The notes under the pieces: generated by a model | Databases searched by the model: none | What the model was told of the DNA's origin: nothing | Seen by the model: only the letters and a program-made list of their open reading frames with translations | Origin: Candidatus Magasanikiibacteriota bacterium | Lineage (GTDB): Bacteria > Patescibacteriota > Patescibacteriia > Magasanikbacterales > UBA922 | Reading direction: 5' to 3' | DNA: 64,000 nt | Assembly (NCBI GenBank): GCA_052034405.1 | Contig: JBPOIO010000020.1 | Span: forward strand, 9,699 to 73,698 | Part shown: in pieces, positions 1 through 9,004 of the stretch | Numbering within the stretch: position 1 is the stretch's first letter | Layout of the letters: every line of letters starts with the position of its first letter | Position numbers and translations under genes: made by a program

Positions 1-1
1 T

Positions 2-250
2 GTGGTAGAAAAAAATGTGAAGCATGCACATCTTGTTGCCTCACTTCGATCAGTAGACCCACTTATTTTTTCAGTAGAACTTTTTGATGTCTACGAAGGT
101 GAACGACTTGGGGAAAATAAAAAGAGTATGGCATATCATATTACCTATCGTTCCAATGAAAGAACACTTACGACTGCCGAGGTTGATGAAGCACATAAAA
201 AAGTTTTGGAAACACTGCAAAAACAATTTGCAGCAGAAATTCGTAAGTAG
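2..250 (+). CDS. pheT: Phenylalanyl-tRNA synthetase beta subunit, C-terminal fragment (FDX-ACB domain); 5' end lies outside the window
   Basis: C-terminal motif VDPLIFSVELFDVYEGERLGENKKSMAYHITYRS is typical of the PheT anticodon-binding FDX-ACB domain. The ORF is open at the window edge. Confidence 0.75.
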   Translation: MVEKNVKHAHLVASLRSVDPLIFSVELFDVYEGERLGENKKSMAYHITYRSNERTLTTAEVDEAHKKVLETLQKQFAAEIRK

Positions 251-258
251 TATAAAAA

Positions 259-290
259 ACAGACTTATAAACAGTCTGTTTTTTTATTTA
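259..290 (+). terminator. Rho-independent terminator after pheT
   Basis: Hairpin ACAGACT / AGTCTGT followed by a T7 run. Confidence 0.6.
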
Positions 291-364
291 TATCTAAAAA
301 TGTGATATACTTGCAATATAAATTTTTAAATCAAAAAATTATCGCAATATTTTTTTTGATATAA

Positions 365-724
365 GTGTTTCCTTTTATGTTTGTACCAAATTCCTTAGAA
401 CAACTTTTGTATCTTGTGTTGTCCATCTGTGTCGTGTGGGCAACTGTATTTCTATGTTGGCTTTTGTACCAAGCAGGAAAAGTTTTGAAAAATACGAACA
501 AAATTATGGATTCTGTTATCCAAAAACTTGAATATATTTCAGATGCGGTAAGTTATATGCAAGAAAAAATGGATCATGTGAGTAAACACATGGGTTCTAT
601 GACAGGACTTCTTGGTGGAATGGTAGAAAAATTTGTGGTGAGTAAAATTAGTACAAAATTGAGTGGCAAGCTTGATGAAAAATTAGAAGAAAAAAAGAAA
701 AAAGTAACTTCAAAGAAAAAGTAG
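365..724 (+). CDS. Small membrane/coiled-coil protein (DUF948-like); GTG at 365 or ATG at 377
   Basis: N-terminal hydrophobic helix followed by a charged coiled-coil and a lysine-rich tail. No catalytic motif. Confidence 0.45.
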   Translation: MFPFMFVPNSLEQLLYLVLSICVVWATVFLCWLLYQAGKVLKNTNKIMDSVIQKLEYISDAVSYMQEKMDHVSKHMGSMTGLLGGMVEKFVVSKISTKLSGKLDEKLEEKKKKVTSKKK

Positions 725-751
725 TAGGTCCTTGCAATACAATTGTTCTCT

Positions 752-790
752 AAAAAAATACCCTCGCAATAAGCGAGGGTATTTTTTTAT
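752..790. terminator. Bidirectional rho-independent terminator between convergent genes
   Basis: TACCCTCGC-AATAA-GCGAGGGTA perfect 9-bp stem flanked by an A-run and a T-run. Confidence 0.65.
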
Positions 791-1074
791 GAGGCTTTGT
801 GTGGAATGACGTTGACGAATTTTGTTTTTTTCATTGTTCCGTCAAATCGTGTACGTTTGCGGCTTGTAAATTTTACAATACCAGCAACGATGGCGAAGAG
901 TGTATCATCTTTTCCTTGGCGGACATTTTTTCCACCATGGATTGGAGTACCGCGTTGGCGGATCAAAATTGTTCCGCTTTTGACGCTTTGTCCGTCACCG
1001 ACTTTTGTTCCGAGATATTTTGGCTTGGAATCTCGTCCCAAGTGGGTGGAACCACCCGCTTTTTTGTGTGCCAT
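787..1074 (-). CDS. rpmA: 50S ribosomal protein L27
   Basis: [29 protein letters not shown] is the canonical L27 N-terminus. The ORF extends 23 codons further upstream (to 1143), so a cleavable N-terminal extension cannot be excluded. No rplU lies upstream. Confidence 0.8.
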   Translation of the reverse strand: MAHKKAGGSTHLGRDSKPKYLGTKVGDGQSVKSGTILIRQRGTPIHGGKNVRQGKDDTLFAIVAGIVKFTSRKRTRFDGTMKKTKFVNVIPHKAS

Positions 1075-1204
1075 GTGTTTTGAACACATCACTGTCAAAG
1101 GGCTTAGCCTTTGACGAACAGCCCGTCCATGCCCTCCAGCCACGAGACGTCGTTAACCATGTCGTAAATTTAAATTGTGCTTATTATAGCGGGTTTGCTC
1201 TTGA

Positions 1205-1233
1205 TTGTCAAGGTCTGTTTTCTAGGGTATAAT
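1205..1233 (+). promoter_or_regulatory. Sigma70-like promoter (TTGTCA-17-TATAAT) upstream of the ORF at 1245
   Basis: TTGTCA at 1205 and TATAAT at 1228 with a 17-nt spacer. AAGAGGG Shine-Dalgarno sits 6 nt before the ATG. Confidence 0.5.
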
Positions 1234-1244
1234 AAGAGGGTATT

Positions 1245-1604
1245 ATGGCAAAATTATATCCAATTAAGCTTTATTTGAAGCATAAAAGTACCTATATTCC
1301 GCTTGCTGTGGCTCTTTTTTTGAATATTATTATTTGGGGCTGGCTTTTGTATAATATTGGGTTTTCCACAGATTCTGTATTTCTTCACTATACTATTTTA
1401 TTTGGAGTGGATCTTACTGGTTCTGCTTTGACGGTGTATTCATTGCCAGGTCTTGGTCTTTGTTTGATTTTTTTCAATGCTTGTATTGGTTGGTTCATGT
1501 ATGAAAAAGATGAATTTGTGGCTCAAAGTGCCAATGTTATCTCTTGTATCTTGCATTTTTTTCTCTTTATTGCGACCTGCATTTTGGTATTTTTGAATGT
1601 ATGA
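1245..1604 (+). CDS. Hypothetical small polytopic membrane protein
   Basis: Three to four hydrophobic helices. Has SD and promoter. Overlaps the ftsW start by ATGA. Confidence 0.45.
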   Translation: MAKLYPIKLYLKHKSTYIPLAVALFLNIIIWGWLLYNIGFSTDSVFLHYTILFGVDLTGSALTVYSLPGLGLCLIFFNACIGWFMYEKDEFVAQSANVISCILHFFLFIATCILVFLNV

Positions 1605-2710
1605 GTACAAAATCTCTCAAAAGTGACAGCGCTTTTTTGGTGTATTTTTTATTAGTTCTTATTTTTGGATTGGTATTTTTGACTTCAGCGAGTTCAGTCA
1701 TTGGATTTGATAAATTTCATGATACTTATTTTTTTGTAAAACATCAACTTTTGTACGGTGTGCTTCCTGGATCTTTGGGTTTTTTGTTTTTTTCCAAGTT
1801 TGATTATCAAAAATTGCGTACTTGGAGTCCAACATTATTTATTGGATCACTTATTTTATTGTTATTTGTTTTTATTCCAGGTATTGGTTCTGCTTTGAAT
1901 ACGGGGAATCGAAGTTGGATTGTACTTCCTTTTTTTTCATTTCAACCTGCGGAGTTTGCCAAATTTGCTTTGATCGTTTATTTTTCTGCGTTTTTAGCCA
2001 AGATGGGGGATGGAATTAAAAATTTCAAAGAAGGATTTTTGATTGCACTTGCGGTTGCTATGATTCCTGTACTTCTTGTGTTGATGCAACCAGACATTGG
2101 AACCATGTCAATTTTGTGTTTTATTATTTTTGGATTGTTGTTTATCGCAGACTCCAAAATGAGTCATATGAGTTTGCTTGCTCTTGTTGCGGTACTTGGC
2201 TTTTTGGTTATCATTGCTATTGCTCCATACCGATTGGCTCGTTTTACTACTTTTTTGCATCCAGAACTTGATCCTCAGGGAATTGGTTATCATATCAATC
2301 AATCCTTTATAGCTATTGGTTCGGGTGGATTTTTTGGAACAGGTCTTGGTCAGTCGAGGCAAAAATATCAGTATTTACCCGAGGTTCAGGCTGATAGTAT
2401 CTTTGCTATTATTTCCGAGGAAATGGGCTTTTTCCTAACGATCGCATTTTTGATGTTGTTTTTATTATTTATTCAACGAGGACTCAAAATTGCAAAAAAT
2501 TCAGATGATTTATTTGCTCGTTTTTTGGTGACGGGGATTATGATTTGGTTTATTGGTCAGGCATTTTTGAATATTGCTGCTATGGTAGGACTTATGCCTT
2601 TGACTGGTGTGCCATTGCCTTTTGTGAGTCATGGTGGAACTGCACTTGCTATTGCTCTATGTGCTGTGGGTGTTGTGTTGAATGTGAGTAAACATTCAAA
2701 AATTGCATAA
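1601..2710 (+). CDS. ftsW: SEDS-family peptidoglycan glycosyltransferase (FtsW/RodA)
   Basis: Polytopic protein with the SEDS signature LPEVQADSIFAIISEEMGFF. Sits upstream of murG in the canonical dcw order. ATG at 1601 is a 4-nt overlap with the upstream stop. Confidence 0.85.
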   Translation: MSTKSLKSDSAFLVYFLLVLIFGLVFLTSASSVIGFDKFHDTYFFVKHQLLYGVLPGSLGFLFFSKFDYQKLRTWSPTLFIGSLILLLFVFIPGIGSALNTGNRSWIVLPFFSFQPAEFAKFALIVYFSAFLAKMGDGIKNFKEGFLIALAVAMIPVLLVLMQPDIGTMSILCFIIFGLLFIADSKMSHMSLLALVAVLGFLVIIAIAPYRLARFTTFLHPELDPQGIGYHINQSFIAIGSGGFFGTGLGQSRQKYQYLPEVQADSIFAIISEEMGFFLTIAFLMLFLLFIQRGLKIAKNSDDLFARFLVTGIMIWFIGQAFLNIAAMVGLMPLTGVPLPFVSHGGTALAIALCAVGVVLNVSKHSKIA

Positions 2711-2727
2711 GAAAATTTTTTGTTTTT

Positions 2728-3792
2728 ATGAAAATACTTTTTTCTGGTGGAGGAACCTTGGGACCGGTGACGCCGCTTTTGGCATTGCATGAAAATATAA
2801 AAGATTTGCCAGGTCTTTCTTGTGTTTGGGTAGGAACAGAGTCTGGTCCCGAAGAAATATTGATAAAAAATGCAGGTATCCCATTTTTGAGTCTTCCTGC
2901 AAGTAAATTACGACGTTATTTTTCTTGGAAAACCTTGAGTGATGTCTTTGTTTTTGCTCAGGCATTGTTTCAATCTTTTGTTTTGCTTCGTCGTGAAAGA
3001 CCAAGTGTGTGTATTTCTGCTGGTGGTTATGTATCTGTACCCCTTCATATTGTGGCAAAAATTTTGGGTATAAAAACATGGATTCACCAACAAGATTTGG
3101 AACTTGGTCTTGCCAATCGTTTGATGGCTCCTACTGCAAATCTTATTACTGTTGCTGTACCACAAAGTTTACTTTTTTTCCCAAAAGAAAAAACTCGTAC
3201 GCTTGGTAATCCTGTACGACCGAGTATTTTGGAAGCAGAAAAAAAGAAGGCTTTTGAAAAATTTGGACTGGATGCGAATCTTCCTGTTATTTTTGCAACA
3301 GGTGGGGGAACAGGATCAGAAAAAATCAATGTTTTGGTCGCACAGCTCGCACTTGAACTTGGTGATAGTGTTCAAATTATCCATTTAACAGGAAAAGAAA
3401 GAAAGACATTGGAACCAGATCGTCCTTTGTTGCATTATCATACGTTTGAATTTTTGGGTGAACATATGGCCGATGCCTATGCGGCAAGTGATATTGTAAT
3501 TTGTCGTGGTGGGTTTGGAACGCTCTCAGAACTTGCGGCTTTGAAAAAAACTGCTATTGTTATTCCGAAATCTGGACACCAAGAAGAAAATGTCAAGTTC
3601 TGTGCGGACCTTGGGGGACTTCTTTCTTTAAATGAAAATACAACAACATCAATTGAACTGCAAAGTAAAGTAGAGGGATTGCTTGCGGATCCACAACTTC
3701 GACTTCATCTTGGAGAAACATTGGCCACTTGTATTCCAACAGCAACAAAAGAATCAATATTTGATTGTTTCAAGTCTTTGGGTGTGATATAA
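2728..3792 (+). CDS. murG: UDP-GlcNAc:lipid I N-acetylglucosaminyltransferase MurG
   Basis: N-terminus ILFSGGGTLGPVTPLLAL, and a GT-B fold C-terminal half with the TGGGTGSEKIN motif. Confidence 0.9.
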   Translation: MKILFSGGGTLGPVTPLLALHENIKDLPGLSCVWVGTESGPEEILIKNAGIPFLSLPASKLRRYFSWKTLSDVFVFAQALFQSFVLLRRERPSVCISAGGYVSVPLHIVAKILGIKTWIHQQDLELGLANRLMAPTANLITVAVPQSLLFFPKEKTRTLGNPVRPSILEAEKKKAFEKFGLDANLPVIFATGGGTGSEKINVLVAQLALELGDSVQIIHLTGKERKTLEPDRPLLHYHTFEFLGEHMADAYAASDIVICRGGFGTLSELAALKKTAIVIPKSGHQEENVKFCADLGGLLSLNENTTTSIELQSKVEGLLADPQLRLHLGETLATCIPTATKESIFDCFKSLGVI

Positions 3793-3821
3793 TATTGGTA
3801 TTCGGTTTTTTCTTTTTTTTT

Positions 3822-5477
3822 ATGCCAATACCTAGTCTTCGTCCTGACTACGAAAGCTTAGGGAAAGATACGATTTGTGTTTTTGCTCAAACAAACTTCC
3901 GCAATCAATTGCGGCGTTTTGGTATAAAATTAGACGACCGTCGTCGTCACATGTATATTGTTGGAAAAACAGGTATGGGAAAATCAACCATGATGGAAAA
4001 CATGGTTCTTGATGATATTTTTTCTGGCAATGGTATTGGGCTTGTGGATCCACATGGAGATTTCGCAGAAAAAATTCTCAACTATATCCCTGCCAAACGT
4101 ATTAATGATGTTGTGTATATCAACCCATCAGATCTTGATTTTCCAATTGGATTCAATATCTTGGAGGTACAAAACGAAGGACAAAAACATTTGATTGTGG
4201 CAGGTCTCATGGGAATTTTCAAAAAGATTTGGCCAGATGTGTGGAGTGCTCGTATGGAATATATCCTCAATAATACACTTCTTGCACTTATTGAATATCC
4301 AGGATCGACCTTGCTTGGTATCAATCGTTTGCTTTCTGATAAAAAATATCGCAAAAAAGTAGTAGCAAAAGTAAAAGATCCTGTTATCAAAAGTTTTTGG
4401 AATGTTGAGTTTGCAAGTTATACAGAAAAATATGCACAGGAGGCTGTGGCTCCAATTCAAAATAAAATTGGTCAATTTTTGTCTACCAATGTTATCCGAA
4501 ATATGGTTGCGCAGGTAAAATCAACGATTGATATTCGTAAACTCATGGATGAAAAAAAGATTGTCATCATGAATTTGAGTAAGGGGCGTATTGGAGAAGA
4601 TAATAGTCGTTTGCTCGGAGGAATGCTTATTACCAAAATTCAGCTTGCGGCTATGGAACGTGTAGATACTCCAGAGGCAGAACGTAAAGATTTCTTTTTG
4701 TACGTTGATGAATTTCAAAATTTTGCAACTCCATCTTTTGCCAATATTTTGTCAGAAGCCCGAAAGTATCGTTTGAGTTTGATTATGGCGCATCAATATA
4801 TCAAGCAGCTCGACGAGATTGTTGCTGATGCTGTTTTTGGAAATGTTGGTACTATTATTTCATTTCGTATTGGTGGGGGAGATGCCGAGATGCTTGCCAA
4901 AGAATTTACCCCAATATTTCTTGAAGAAGACTTGGTAAATTTGCCAAAATTTCAAATATTTTTGAAACTTATGATTGATGGTGTTTCTTCTACACCATTT
5001 AGTGCTATGACTTTGCCACCGCTTGGAAGTCCGACAGGAAGTCTTGAAAAAGTTATTCGAGTCTCTCGTGAACGTTATGGTCGACCTCGTGAGGCTATTG
5101 AAGATAAAATTATGCGTTGGGCAGGCCTTGAGGGTGATATGGTTGATGAAGACGAAGATGAAGAACCTGAACAAAGTTCTCTTGATTCTTTGGAGAGTTC
5201 TGTAGATTCGAAGCCTGCTGTGGTAGAAAAAATCGTAGAAGCGATTCCACCACAAGAAGTTTTTGTCGAAGAGCCTGTTCTTCATTTGGATTCTTTATTA
5301 CCAGCAGAAACTTCTTTGGATAAAAGTGAAGACCTTGTTCATTTTGATAGTCCTGTGCTTCCATCTTCATCTGCACCTTCTGTTGCAAAAGATTCTTCTT
5401 TGAGTGGAGAAAAAAAGAAACGAAGACGTCGACGTAGAAGAAAAAATTCAGGAGCTGTGAGTACAAGTTCTGTCTAA
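3822..5477 (+). CDS. P-loop ATPase of the TraD/VirD4/HerA (DUF87)-like type, with an acidic then polybasic C-terminal tail
   Basis: Walker A is IVGKTGMGKST and Walker B is FFLYVDEFQNF; a VDPHGDF motif is also present. The C-terminal ~120 aa are low-complexity D/E/S-rich and end in KKKRRRRRRRK. Confidence 0.55.
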   Translation: MPIPSLRPDYESLGKDTICVFAQTNFRNQLRRFGIKLDDRRRHMYIVGKTGMGKSTMMENMVLDDIFSGNGIGLVDPHGDFAEKILNYIPAKRINDVVYINPSDLDFPIGFNILEVQNEGQKHLIVAGLMGIFKKIWPDVWSARMEYILNNTLLALIEYPGSTLLGINRLLSDKKYRKKVVAKVKDPVIKSFWNVEFASYTEKYAQEAVAPIQNKIGQFLSTNVIRNMVAQVKSTIDIRKLMDEKKIVIMNLSKGRIGEDNSRLLGGMLITKIQLAAMERVDTPEAERKDFFLYVDEFQNFATPSFANILSEARKYRLSLIMAHQYIKQLDEIVADAVFGNVGTIISFRIGGGDAEMLAKEFTPIFLEEDLVNLPKFQIFLKLMIDGVSSTPFSAMTLPPLGSPTGSLEKVIRVSRERYGRPREAIEDKIMRWAGLEGDMVDEDEDEEPEQSSLDSLESSVDSKPAVVEKIVEAIPPQEVFVEEPVLHLDSLLPAETSLDKSEDLVHFDSPVLPSSSAPSVAKDSSLSGEKKKRRRRRRRKNSGAVSTSSV

Positions 5478-5518
5478 GCAATTTGTGATATACAAAAAAT
5501 CTTATTGAATAAAATTTT

Positions 5519-7759
5519 ATGTTTTCGATTTTCCGGCAGTATTTTCGTCTTTCCTCAATAAATTTTTTTTTCCTTTTGCTAACAATTTTCTGCATTCCCT
5601 TGCTGTATATACCAGCCTTTCGGAGTGTTTGGGATCTTCCAAAAGAGTTGGCTTTGTACACTTTTTTGAGTATTATTTTTGTTTTGAGTCTCTTTGAAAT
5701 AGTAAAGACAAAAAAATTACGACAAAAAAGAACCGTACTTGATAAACCCTTTGTCGTATTGCTCTGTGCGGGTTTATTTTCAACACTTTTTTCAAAAAAT
5801 CCATCCTTGAGTTTTTGGGGAATAGGGGATGCTTTTGTGCTTCATTTTTTTGCAATCTTTTTGTTCGTTGCTTGGGCTTGGATTCTTATTCAAAAAATAG
5901 AATCCGAAAAACTTTTTCATCAAGCTCTTTTTGTATTTTTTTTGTCTGGAATCTTTTCAAGTATTATTTTTCTTTCATTTGAATTTTCACATTTTTTTGG
6001 AAGTCAAATTATAAATCCTGTTGCCAAGCTCAATAGTGTTTTTGGCATATATATGGTGAGCCTTTTTACGCTATCGCTTGGAAGTTTGGTGCCAAGTATA
6101 AAACAAAAGGGCTCGTATTTTGTGATTTCATTGCTCTGTGTTGTCATGACCCTTCTCACTTTGTTTCGGCTTGATTTCCAAATTTTGTGGGTTCTTTTGG
6201 CTTTTGGTATGGGACTTTTGTTTTTGGTATCGATGGCATTTTGGGGTGCTGTTCGAAAGTCTGTTTTGCTCTGTACCTTTTCTCTCTTTTTATTTTCTTT
6301 GTTTCATCTTTTACTTCCCAATGTTCTAAACTTTGGACGAGCTCTTCCTTCGGAAATTAATTTGAATCCTGCTATGTCAGGATCTATTATTGCTTCTGTT
6401 CTTTCTATAAATCCTCAAAACTTTTTACTTGGAAGCGGGCCAGGTACTTTTATGTACAATTTTTCTTTGTTTCGTCCAGGCGAGTTGAATCAGAGTTCTT
6501 ATTTTTGGTCTTTACGTTTTGATTCTCCTTGGAGTTCTCTGTACTCTTGGCTTTGTGAATTTGGATTTTTGGGATCTTTGAGTTTACTTTTTATTTTACT
6601 TTTGATTTTTGGTTCGGTGCTCAGTGCTGTTTTGCATATTCGTTCTAGTTTTTGGAAACGTGCTCGATTTTCTTTTGAAAAAATACGCGCTACTGATTCT
6701 TCTTTGGAATATTTTGTTTGTATGATTGCTTGGTTTTTGTTGACTTGTGGCATTATTATTTCGGTGTATAATTTTGCACTTTGGTTTGTATGGTGGACGA
6801 TGCTTGCTTTTGTCGTTTTGGGTTTGTCATACATTCAACCAAATCTTGTGAAAGAAAGTGAAAAAACTTTTGAAATTAGTCCGCAGTATGTATTTGTGGT
6901 TTCATTTTTCTTTTTGCTTTTATCTGCAGCGACTGTTTTTGGGGGAGTTATGTGGGGAAAAATCGCTGTTGCAGAATATTTTGTAGCACATTCTGATGTA
7001 CATTCTGCTTTAAAAATTCGACCACAGTCTTCGGAATATTTGCTTTTGCTTGCAAGAGAGTCATTGCAAGATTCTCTTTCTTTTGTATCAACAGATCCAA
7101 ATCGTGCAGCAGAGCTTTTATCATCAGCTATTGATTTTGCAAGTCGTGCACGTGAAATTGATCCCAATAATGTTCGTGTTTTTGAAATACTTTCTACCGC
7201 TTATTTACAGACATTGCCCTATACCAATGAATTGTCTTTGCAACAGTCTTTGCTGTATGCTACGGATGCAGTGACACATGCCTTGCAACTTGAACCGAAT
7301 AATCCAGTATTTGTGTCTCAACTTGGTCTTATTCAAGAATTTTCAAGTCAATTTGATTTGGCTGAAAAATCATATAAAAAGGCTATTTCCTTTAAATCAG
7401 ACTATGTGCAAGCATATTTTGATCTGGCGCGTTTGTATGAAAAACAAAATAAGACGGATGCGGCTATTTCGCTCTATGAAGAATATCGGGTTATTGATCC
7501 CCAAAGTAGGGATGTACTCTATGAACTGGGGCGTCTGTATTATAATAGAAAACATGAGGGAGATGAAAAAAGGGCAGAAAAAATATGGTTGCTGTCTGTT
7601 CAAATAGACCCAAATTTTTCAAATGCCCTCTATAGTTTAGGCTTATTATACGAAAAAAAAGGAGAATATGCCTTGGCAGTGGAATACTTTAAAAAGGTTC
7701 ATACCTTGAATCCTGAGAATAAGGATGTGGATAAAAAATTAAAAAGTCTGTCCTTTTAG
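5519..7759 (+). CDS. O-antigen ligase (Wzy_C)-like polytopic membrane protein with a C-terminal TPR domain
   Basis: About 12 TM helices over the N-terminal 470 aa, followed by several TPR repeats (YFDLARLYEKQNK, LYELGRLYY, LYSLGLLYEKKGEY). Confidence 0.55.
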   Translation: MFSIFRQYFRLSSINFFFLLLTIFCIPLLYIPAFRSVWDLPKELALYTFLSIIFVLSLFEIVKTKKLRQKRTVLDKPFVVLLCAGLFSTLFSKNPSLSFWGIGDAFVLHFFAIFLFVAWAWILIQKIESEKLFHQALFVFFLSGIFSSIIFLSFEFSHFFGSQIINPVAKLNSVFGIYMVSLFTLSLGSLVPSIKQKGSYFVISLLCVVMTLLTLFRLDFQILWVLLAFGMGLLFLVSMAFWGAVRKSVLLCTFSLFLFSLFHLLLPNVLNFGRALPSEINLNPAMSGSIIASVLSINPQNFLLGSGPGTFMYNFSLFRPGELNQSSYFWSLRFDSPWSSLYSWLCEFGFLGSLSLLFILLLIFGSVLSAVLHIRSSFWKRARFSFEKIRATDSSLEYFVCMIAWFLLTCGIIISVYNFALWFVWWTMLAFVVLGLSYIQPNLVKESEKTFEISPQYVFVVSFFFLLLSAATVFGGVMWGKIAVAEYFVAHSDVHSALKIRPQSSEYLLLLARESLQDSLSFVSTDPNRAAELLSSAIDFASRAREIDPNNVRVFEILSTAYLQTLPYTNELSLQQSLLYATDAVTHALQLEPNNPVFVSQLGLIQEFSSQFDLAEKSYKKAISFKSDYVQAYFDLARLYEKQNKTDAAISLYEEYRVIDPQSRDVLYELGRLYYNRKHEGDEKRAEKIWLLSVQIDPNFSNALYSLGLLYEKKGEYALAVEYFKKVHTLNPENKDVDKKLKSLSF

Positions 7760-7764
7760 ATTAC

Positions 7765-7793
7765 TTGACAAAATCGGTAAAATATGCTATAAT
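7765..7793 (+). promoter_or_regulatory. Consensus sigma70 promoter TTGACA-17-TATAAT
   Basis: Perfect -35 and -10 hexamers with a 17-nt spacer. The nearest ATG is 120-160 nt downstream, implying a long leader. Confidence 0.65.
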
Positions 7794-7918
7794 ACGCGCA
7801 GCAATTGGTAGGTTTGAAAGACAGGTTTGGGAAAAAATGCTCGTAATAGATCCCAACAAACAGTCACAAAACAAACAGTTGCAGTGAAAAGGTCGGGATT
7901 TATTAAAGAACCCACCCA

Positions 7919-8272
7919 ATGGGTTTACAAATACGAGCATTTAAAATAACCTATACTATGTACGACCAAAACGCAGCACCTCGTCAAATGTACGATGTGA
8001 ACGAAACATGTTCTTCATGTGGAACAGCTATTACTCAACTTCCTTTCATGCCAAGTGGTGACAAACCACTTCTCTGCCGCGATTGTTTGCGCGCAAAGAA
8101 ATCTGCTGGTTTCAACAACCGCGGACCACGTCCAATGAAACAAATGTTTGATGTAGATATCAACTGTTCAGAATGTGGAAAACACATTTCTCAGCTTCCA
8201 TTTCAGCCAACAAACGGTAAACCTGTTTACTGCTTTGACTGTAATAAAGCTCGCCGTGACAACATGGCGTAA
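7919..8272 (+). CDS. Tandem-duplicated CxxC...CxxC zinc-ribbon protein; alternative start at 7958
   Basis: Two ~40-aa repeats: (Q/K)QM(Y/F)DV..(T/N)CS.CG..I.QLPF.P..(D/G)KP..C.DC. Confidence 0.5.
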   Translation: MGLQIRAFKITYTMYDQNAAPRQMYDVNETCSSCGTAITQLPFMPSGDKPLLCRDCLRAKKSAGFNNRGPRPMKQMFDVDINCSECGKHISQLPFQPTNGKPVYCFDCNKARRDNMA

Positions 8273-8290
8273 AATCTTTTTGAGATTTCA

Positions 8291-8325
8291 AGGCCACTCC
8301 CTTCATCGGGGGTGGTTTTTTTATA
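8291..8325 (+). terminator. Rho-independent terminator
   Basis: CCACTCCC / GGGGGTGG stem followed by T7. Confidence 0.5.
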
Positions 8326-8380
8326 CTTGCTTTTTCGCCTATTTTTGCTAGTATAAGAGAAGACTTATTTTCTATTGAAT

Positions 8381-9004
8381 ATGTATAGCCCACAGCAGCA
8401 AGCATTTCTTGAATATGTGACGAAGAAGGTGAAGAACCTTTTTGTTGAATTTCCTGCTCCTGGACATGACTTTCAACATGCATCAAATGTTGCTGCTTAT
8501 GCTAAGGAAGTGGCAACAAAAGAAAACGCGCGTAATATCTTTCTTTCTGAACTGGCTGGAATTTTGCACGATATTGGTCGTGCCCCAGAACATCACGATC
8601 CTGACAACAAACTGCGTCATCACGATTTGTCCTACCAGATGCTTCGACAGTGGTTTCGTGAAGATTCTCATTTTGATTTTTTGACTCGTGAAGAAAAACT
8701 TGAACTTCTGTATTCGGTGAAATATCACTGGAATGATGCGGCAGACGAATATGATACTGCTTGGATTTTGCGTGATGCAGATAAACTCGATGGCCTTGGT
8801 TGTCGAGGACTTGAACGTTTCAAAGAATATCGTGCCAATGATCCTGCAGGGATTGCTCTGGATTGTCGTTTGACTTATCAATTTTGGTATTGGATTCATA
8901 CTGAGTCTGCTCGTACTATTGTGCGTGAAAAAAAGTTGATTGAAGAAATGGATAAAATTGTTATTGAAAATTTGAAAGCAAAAATAGAACCCGTGGAATT
9001 ATGA
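8381..9004 (+). CDS. HD-domain phosphohydrolase
   Basis: H..HDIGR...H HD motif. First ATG at 8381; the ORF-track start at 8375 is TTG. The stop overlaps the mnmA start (ATGA). Confidence 0.65.
   Translation: MYSPQQQAFLEYVTKKVKNLFVEFPAPGHDFQHASNVAAYAKEVATKENARNIFLSELAGILHDIGRAPEHHDPDNKLRHHDLSYQMLRQWFREDSHFDFLTREEKLELLYSVKYHWNDAADEYDTAWILRDADKLDGLGCRGLERFKEYRANDPAGIALDCRLTYQFWYWIHTESARTIVREKKLIEEMDKIVIENLKAKIEPVEL

Noticed and set aside
797-1232. Three + strand ORFs (105, 94, 75 aa) opposite rpmA
   Set aside because: They run antisense to a clearly recognisable L27 gene and have no motifs.
8160-8486. 108-aa minus-strand ORF spanning the zinc-ribbon gene terminator and the HD gene start
   Set aside because: Overlaps two better-supported + strand genes and a terminator hairpin, and has no motif.
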